Assembly: GCA_964016885.1 (NCBI GenBank)
Contig: OZ024743.1
Location: 314,092,001 to 314,156,000, forward strand
Direction of reading: 5' to 3'
DNA length: 64,000 bases
Source: Eledone cirrhosa
Taxonomy: Eukaryota
Positions 56,201 through 64,000 of the stretch are shown piece by piece (positions within the stretch are counted from its first letter, which is position 1; the number at the start of each line of letters is the position of its first letter). The notes under the pieces were generated by a model. The model searched no databases. It was not told the DNA's origin and worked only from the letters and a program-made list of their open reading frames with translations. The position numbers were made by a program, and so were the translations under genes.

Positions 56201-57575
56201 CTGCTATATTCCCTTATCTTTTTTTGTTTAGGTTCATTTTGTTTACCACCATCATTATCATTATTATTATTGGTTTTTAACAGCTTCTCGATCTAGCTTT
56301 CATAGTTTTTTGGCTACCATACCATATCTATCTTCTTAAATATTATATTTTCACTATTAACACATTATGAGTTTATATCTGATTATATATTTTATTTGGA
56401 TTCTCATTTAGATAATTAATCCCCTCCTCCTCTTCCTCCCTTTCCCCCCCACACACTTGTCATTCGCCCCTTCAATTATACTATAATTATGTTCAATTCC
56501 CTTTTATGCTCCTTTCTATTGTATTATACAGTATATTGATTATGATTTTATGCTCCTTCGTATCCTACATACCTTTCTTTTTTCTGTTCTCATTGGCCTA
56601 CCATAGTTCTATTTAAGGTCCTTTTATTAGATAACGTTATTCAACGTTATTTAACTTTTATTAGATAACGTTAAAGTAGAATATTTCATTCTATTCTGGA
56701 TATTTTTATTGAGATATCTTAAACTTTAGAGACTTTGATAACTTAAACCATAGCTAATTTTGTATTGACTTATTATGTATTTTAAATACTTTCAATATTA
56801 ATTAATTTAATAAGGTTTTCTAGTTATTTATCCGGGTTTGATTCCTAACTTTTTTTACTTAACTGCTTGTGACACCTAAGTAAATATATTTGTTTTTGTT
56901 TTTCGATTTCCGGTTGATTTTATTTATATTTTTTTTACTACCGTGCATAGTTTCTGTCTGGTTCTTATTCACTTATTCACATATGTCTGTCTACCAACCA
57001 TGTAATTATGTATACTATACTATGTTTGTTATTTGATATTGAAGTTGTTATATCATATCACTTTATGTAATCGTACTATAGATCTTAAATATTTACCGAT
57101 TATTCGATGTACCCTTATGTTAAATTTTGTAAATTCTGTAATATGTTTATATTTTTATAATTTTTATAATGTTTAGATAATATTTATTTATACCAATTGT
57201 ATAAAAACTCGACCTCCGTCTGTTTTGTTACAACAGTATAGATATTTTTCCAGCACAATTTTTTCAACACAATTCAGTTCTTTATTATATTTTTTTCTCA
57301 CCCTGTGTGTAAATTTATATGATTTGTTAAGTTATATGCCAATATTTTATAATATTGTTATTATAGTGTTATTGTAATATTTATATTGTTTGTGCAAATT
57401 GACCGGAGATTATAAATTATATAGTATATTATATATTATATTTTTATTTTTATTCATTTCTTTATTATTTTATACTGTAAATAATATATGTATTATATTT
57501 ATATTTAAACTCTTAATAAGTGTTAGTTTGTGTTTGTATTGATGGATATGTATATTGATATATATATATGTATAC

Positions 57576-57681
<106 letters not shown>

Positions 57682-57950
57682 ATATTGGGTCTTTTAATAT
57701 TATTATTATTATCATTATCAATTATATTATATTATATTATATATCGTACTGTAATTCTCGCTTTATATCACCACTTGTGTTTAGTTTTAGTTTTTGCATT
57801 GTACTATATTTGTAATATGGGTTCATAATGTTATTCACTTCCTTAGCAATTTTTACTTGATCATTTTCCTATGCTTTAATGTATGTATACTCCATATTCT
57901 TCTGAGTTTTTGGCTTGTATTAGCCGATAGTTCTTCTTATAGCTTTACTT

Positions 57951-57988
57951 GCCCTGATAAGTCCTTAATAGGATGAAACATTGTTGGC
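57951..57988 (+). ncRNA. Hammerhead at PLE 3' end (G8A in this copy)
   Basis: GCC-CTGATAA-GTCCT taat AGGAT-GAAA-CATTG-TT-GGC. Confidence 0.7.
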
Positions 57989-58136
57989 TAATAAAGACTG
58001 TTGATGTATTGAAGGCTTCTTTGGTTTATTTTCATAATTCTTCGGCTCTGTTTAATTTACATTGAGCTATATATTTACTGTCATTTCTATAATATGAAGA
58101 GGGTGTTTAACTCCAACACACTCTAGTATTTTAATT

Positions 58137-58179
<43 letters not shown>

Positions 58180-58182
<3 letters not shown>

Positions 58183-58494
58183 TTCCTCTGCACCTCCTCC
58201 AATCTCGTCTATGGATTTCGCTGCACGGAGTGCAGCACAACCTACGTCGGACAGACCGGACTTCGCCTGGCGGATCGATTCACGGAGTACCTCCCAGATA
58301 TTCTTCTCGGTGGGAGTTCCCCCATCGCCCACAACTTTGGTTCCCCTGGACACTCCGCCCATCACTTCACCGTCTGTGGCAGGATCCAATGCCATGGAAC
58401 CCCCGCAACACACCTCACGGTAGGGCAACACACCCTTTTCACCCTACAAACCCACCCACCCCCTGACCTGAACTACCCAACACTCTTCCTTTAG
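58180..58494 (+). pseudogene. GIY-YIG endonuclease of a different PLE lineage, open frame without ATG
   Basis: FLCTSSNLVYGFRCTECSTTYVGQTGLRLADRFTEYL...PIAHNF..PGHS...LFTLQTHPPPDLN. Followed by a C-rich UTR to about 59810. (TA)n on both sides. Confidence 0.85.
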
Positions 58495-59827
58495 CCTTCG
58501 ACCGTCCCCCTTTCCCCCACATATCTCCTACTAACATCACCAAAACACTCCCTAGTTTCACCGGCTCCTCAACTGTCCCACACACAACTAATAATACTAA
58601 CGTACCACTCCTCTCCCTATCACACGCGCACCCACACCCACATGACCACCACTAACCCCCCCACACACACACACACGCTCATATCCAAACACGCACACAC
58701 ACACATCAGTACATTACACTCCCTCCGACTGTCCCCAACACTTCTCTCTCCCTCTCTCGCTCCCCACAAAAATCCCACTAACGCCTCCACTAATATACCC
58801 CCCACACACACACCGCCACACTCTCTCTCAACCTTTCCCATATACCCACCCCCTCCCCTTCTCCCCGCCCCTCCCCCTGCACCTCCGCACACACACACAC
58901 ACACAGACACATTCCACACGACATAGAGACCATCACTATACCTGTCACTACTCTGCCTGCTGTCACCTTCCTACTGCTATCTCCTACCTTCTTCGCCCTG
59001 CCTTGATCCTCTGACGACTTCCTGTTGCACACGCAAACCCTAAACCTAACCCCCACAATCTCCACTTCCTCACTACCATACCAGGATTTTACACCACCTG
59101 TCCACCGCCTCAGCCATCGAACCTTCCACCCTCGGAATCTGTAACGTCCGGTCCTACAGTCCGTGGAAAAACACCCAGGAACACACACACACACACAAAC
59201 ACTTACACTATTTTCGCACCACGCAACCATACATCCACACGACACAAAAAACACACACATGTGCTTATCCTCAGATACACACACACTTCCTCCGCACTCC
59301 CCACACCTCCACGCCGCCACCCCCTCTGACCCCTCTCCATCCATACGCACACACACACCGACTTTCACCCCAGCCCACCTACACATCGGGTTCCCTATCA
59401 CCCGAACATGGAACCTCGTTCTTGCCCCAACTCTCACATTCACATCCACACACAGGTACAACTACACACACACACCACCTTCAGCCCTACCCGCTCGGAC
59501 TCCCCCGTCTTCCCCCCCCCCCCCCTGCACCCTACCACCACCCCTGCAGGCCTCACACCCATAACCCTTGTTTCATTTTAATTTTTTTTACCCTTTAAAA
59601 AATTGTTTTTCCTCCCTTTTCTCACCCCCTTTTTTAATGTCTTTCCACCACTCTCCCTCACACCCTTGGAATTCTTTTCCAGCCCACTTTTCTCCCGAAA
59701 CGTCGTCCCCCACCCCCACTCTCAAGTGTGAAACTAATATTAACATTTGTACTGCCTCTTCGCTTCCACGTTGCTGTTTTTCGTTTTTTGTTTATTGTCT
59801 CACCTATAATATATATATATATATATA

Positions 59828-61242
59828 GTAATAATAATAAATTTGAAAGACTAAAATCCAAAGAGAGCTCGATAAGGAAAAATATATATCAAATATATAA
59901 GAACCGTAGGGCAAATATTTATTAAAATAACACATTAAAGTTTAAGCAAAAATCGCTCCTTCACCCTTAACGGGATCTTCTGAAAGTAAAAAAAATCAAT
60001 CTGTGAACGCAGAAGTAAATATTTCGAAAAACATTGCAACCGACGTCTACGCCTCCTCACCTTGCACATAACACCATTACTGCAAATTTAGCTAAATTAC
60101 CTAGCCATAGGAACACGTGCAACCCTGTAGCTAGTATTAACTGTAATTGTAGGAATCGGGTTGACTGCCCTCTATCCGGGAAATGCCTCTCCAGTAACAT
60201 TGTCTACAAATGTAAGGTCGAAACGCCCACGTCCCGTAGGGCCTACATAGGGTTAACCGCCAATAGATTCAAGCACCGTCTTTACATGCACACGCATTCT
60301 TTTTTTAACCCTTTAAGAAGGAATATGACGTCACTTTCAGCTCATATCTGGAGTCTAAAAGACAACCACACCCAATAAAACATTCCTGTATTACAGCCCC
60401 ACATTATACCCTAACGGATAGTACGAACAATACGCGGATAATTTACGTCTTGATGTGGTAGCTAAGTATATTTTATGTTTATAAAGAACGCATTTTTATA
60501 CCATTACTTATTTGTATAGATAAGTATACATTACTCGTATGTTTTGTGAAGGTACGTATATTTTCTGGTACGTATATTTGCTTGTATTTGTTATAGGTGT
60601 ATATATTATATTATATATAATGGTACAGGTGTATAATGTTATTTGTATATGTGTATTTTGTGTTTGCATGTGTATGCGTCTTTGAACGTATGTAAGGTGT
60701 GTATATGTATACTTTGTGTTTTGGTTGATGTAGGTTTAGTGAACATATGTGTATTTACCTCTAGGTATGTGTGTGTGTGCGTTATTTACGTATTTATGCT
60801 TGTATATTTATATACATTTATATAATTATATGCGTGCATGCGTGTATGTATATATTTAATTATTGTTGATTTCAATAACCTCGGTCATTTACGTTCTACT
60901 AATTTATTTAGATTATTCTTAACTTTGAAGCCGAGAATCATTCGGTTTCCTAAATAGAATATTAATCTACGACTTCATTTATACCATAAACGTGGTTTTG
61001 TCTTTAGGTGTAATTGTTATCTTTGGTCCACATTATGACGTATTATCTTCACTTTTTTCCGTTCAATGCCAGAGCAAGTCTTTCGCGAACCAAAGTATCA
61101 TCTTCCTGTCTTGCTTCGGTTGCAACGTTTTTCGAAATATTTACTTCTGCGTTCACAGATTGATTTTATAAGTTTCAGAAGATCCCATTAAGGCTGAAAG
61201 CAGCGATTCTTTGCTTAAACTTTAATCTGTTATTTTTATAAA
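59828..61242 (+). mobile_element. PLE remnant: 5' inverted arm, GIY-YIG fragment (60040-60378), 3' UTR, HHR
   Basis: About 59915-60042 is the reverse complement of 61117-61243. NCNCRNRVDCPLSGKC..NIVYKC...AYIGLTANRFKHRLYMH...SLSAHIWSLK. Fold-back fragment of the same family at 63652-63880. Confidence 0.87.
61170..61222 (+). ncRNA. Hammerhead-like fold with CAGAAGA (U4A) core
   Basis: AAGTTT-CAGAAGA-tCCC attaa GGCt-GAAA-GCAG cgattct TTGC-TT-AAACTT, plus distal stem acagattga/ttaatctgt. Minus copies at 59938-59985 and 63674-63726. Confidence 0.7.
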
Positions 61243-61814
61243 TATATATATATGGTTACCTGAACCAAAGATCTAGTATTCACAATGAAAAAAGGCGCGA
61301 AATGTTCGTCTATGGAATTGTATTGGCTAATCATAAAATGTTCCTATAGATTTTCAATATAATGCATAATTTCCAAAAGGATTAAACACTACGCACTTAT
61401 ATTTCCTTCATAGATAAACGATATCAATAATTTTACATCCAATTTCCCATTCTTGTATTTATCATTTAATTTTTAATTTCTTGATTTCATTTTAACTTCA
61501 GTTTCCCAGAAGCTAGATTTAACACTTAAATTTCATAATAATCTAGTTTACCTTCATCAATAACCTGCTCATTGGTCACGTTTTCAACGTTTTGTAAAAA
61601 GTATTAAAAATTTAGAAAAGTTTTCCATCATCTACGTTATATTAATTCAGTTCTCAATTACACGCTATAGGTCAAATTTATACACCACCTTCTTAATTGT
61701 TTATACTAAAACATATACTGGTATACTATCATATATATACATCTGTGCCCGTGCATATCTTATATATATATATACACACACGCACTAACACACACTCACA
61801 CACATACACACACG

Positions 61815-61850
<36 letters not shown>

Positions 61851-62474
61851 ATGTTTGTGTGTATGTGTGTGTTTTTGTATGTATATGCATATGTGCGTCT
61901 GTGCGTGAGTGTGTGTGTGTATTAGGAGAGTTAAATGCATTTCATGACATGAGTGAATATTAGAGAATTTTCGGTTCGTTAGACTTTCCAAAAATAGATT
62001 TACAACGGGCTGTTATTGATAAAAAATGCATTAGATACAATAAGTTGATTATAATTCGGACAAAAGTAACTGAGAGCCTGACATGAATTATATTTGCATA
62101 GATGGATCTCCGATGATCATATTATTGTGTTGCTAAAATTATCGAAGCTGCTAAGTGAATTACACCTTTCTCAATTCTCTCACTCACAAACCTAATTTCA
62201 GACAAATTCAACAATTTCGATGCAATGATACACACTTATAAATATGTAAGTCAGATAAGAACGCATACACACACACACACACACACATATACTGTATATA
62301 TATATATATATATATATAAAAGGAAAAAATGAAACGAAATTTCATTTCTCACTCTTAGTACGGCTGTTACTTAATTATAAGTATGTATACGTACATACAT
62401 ATATGTATACAGACGTACAGTAGTATGTATATATATATATGTGAGAAAAACCACAGACCCTCCATCTCAACTCA

Positions 62475-62512
62475 CCTTTTGAAAAGCAGAAGAACTGCGA
62501 AACCGGTAAAGG
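62475..62512 (+). ncRNA. Compact hammerhead, U3-A8 core, in the 205-bp element 62441-62651
   Basis: CCTT-TTGAAAA-GCAG aagaa CTGC-GAAA-CCGG-TA-AAGG. All stems are perfect. Confidence 0.85.
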
Positions 62513-62644
62513 AACCAAATAAATATATATATTTAAAAAAAAAATAAGACTTCAGTTGCATTTTCGATTTCATCCCTTTTTCTTTATACTTCCACTCATG
62601 TAGGACACATCGGTTATTTTTCATTTTGTAAAAAAAAACCTCAC

Positions 62645-62687
<43 letters not shown>

Positions 62688-62960
62688 CACACATATATAT
62701 ATGTACGTATGGATTCACCGAACATTTATTATAATGCTCGGTGTGTTTGTATATATATGTATGTACGTGTACATACTTATATTTAAGTAACAGCCGTACT
62801 AAGAGTGAGAAATGAAATTTCGTTTCATTTTTTCCGTTTATCGTTTTCGGTACCCCGGCCGATTAACTCACTCGATATGCAAATTAGGCTGCTCAGCCGT
62901 TAATATGCATAAGGAAAGTATATACTTTCAGACGTTCAACCATCTGGCAGGAAGGTATAC

Positions 62961-62999
62961 GTTGCTGACGATAGCCAATAAGCTTGAAACTAGTACAGC
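62961..62999 (+). ncRNA. Type I hammerhead (second copy at 63386-63428)
   Basis: GTTG-CTGACGA-tAGC caataa GCTt-GAAA-CTAG-TA-CAGC. Confidence 0.88.
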
Positions 63000-63876
63000 A
63001 TTCTTTTGTCAGTGTTGAACAAATGACCAACGATGGTTGCTAGACACTGTACGGCTTAATTCGGGATGTTTGTTTACAAACACACCGAGCATTATAATAA
63101 ATGTTCGGTGAATCCATACGTACATATTTATATGTGTGCATGTATGTATATATATACATACTACTGTACATCTGTATACATATATGTATCTACGTATCCA
63201 TACTTATATTTAAGTAACAGCCGTACTAAGAGTGAGAAATGAAATTTCGTTTCATTTTTTCCGTTTATCGTTTTCGGTACCCCGGCCGATTAACTCACTC
63301 GATATGCAAATTAGGCTGCTCAGCCGTTAATATGATTAAGGAAAGTATATACTTTCAGACGTTCAACCATCTGGCAGGAAGGTATACGTTGCTGACGATA
63401 GCTAATAAGCTTGAAACAAGTACAGCGTTCTTTTGTCAGTGTTGAACAAATGAGCAACGATGGTTGCTAGACACTGTACGGCTTAATTCGGGATGTTTGT
63501 TTACAAACACACCGAGCATTATAATAAATGTTCGGTGAATCCATACGTACATATATATATGTGTGCATGTATGTATATATATATACATATACATACTACT
63601 GTACGTCTGTATACATATATGTATGTACGTATACATACTTATATATATACATATTTATTAAAATAACAGATTAAAGGTAAAGCAATGAATAGCTGCTTTC
63701 ACCCTTAACGGGATCTTCTGAAACTTAAAAAAATCAATCTGTGAACGCAGAACCGATTTTTGCTTAAACTTTAATCTGTTATTTTAATAAATATCTGATT
63801 TACGATTTTTATATATTTGATATATATTTATCCTTATCGAGCCCTCTTTGGATTTTAGTCTTCAAATTTATTATTA

Positions 63877-63933
<57 letters not shown>

Positions 63934-64000
63934 GCATACAGGTACACATACATATATGCACGCATCAGTTTAGCCGACGTTTATTATAACGCAGCTTTGT

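Larger units (their letters stand above)
62317..63640 (+). mobile_element. Retrozyme-like array, 427-bp unit (2 tandem copies plus 5' inverted fragments)
   Basis: Period 62812 to 63239. One HHR per unit. Inverted pieces at 62317-62430 and 62680-62750. Confidence 0.88.

Noticed and set aside
58138-59564. GC-rich ORFs of 78-223 aa listed in the track
   Set aside because: Low-complexity translations of the C-rich UTR or the wrong frame of the GIY-YIG remnant.
62812-63445. Duplicated 68-aa ORF
   Set aside because: A by-product of the 427-bp repeat. It overlaps the HHR and has no recognisable domain.

Overview
An AT-rich, repeat-saturated eukaryotic region with no recognisable host gene. The tRNA-derived SINE family and the (TA)n load suggest an octopus or other cephalopod, which is an inference. 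Most ORF-track entries are translations of microsatellites. Recognisable content: about 8 decayed Penelope-like element (PLE) copies (RT and/or GIY-YIG endonuclease), two RTE LINE remnants, tRNA-derived SINEs, two mariner/Tc1 remnants, a piggyBac-type MITE and a non-autonomous Helitron. The main signal found by reading both strands is roughly 30 whole or partial type I hammerhead ribozyme (HHR) motifs from about 15 unrelated sequence families. They sit in PLE 3' ends, in fold-back insertions, and in non-coding tandem arrays with units of about 320, 427 and 538 bp that look like retrozymes. Almost all are inserted in (TA)n. Two unrelated families use a compensatory U3-A8 core (UUGAAAA), and one family has a fixed U4A core (CAGAAGA). 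All folds were made by eye and none has been tested. Element boundaries are approximate unless a TSD or TIR is given.
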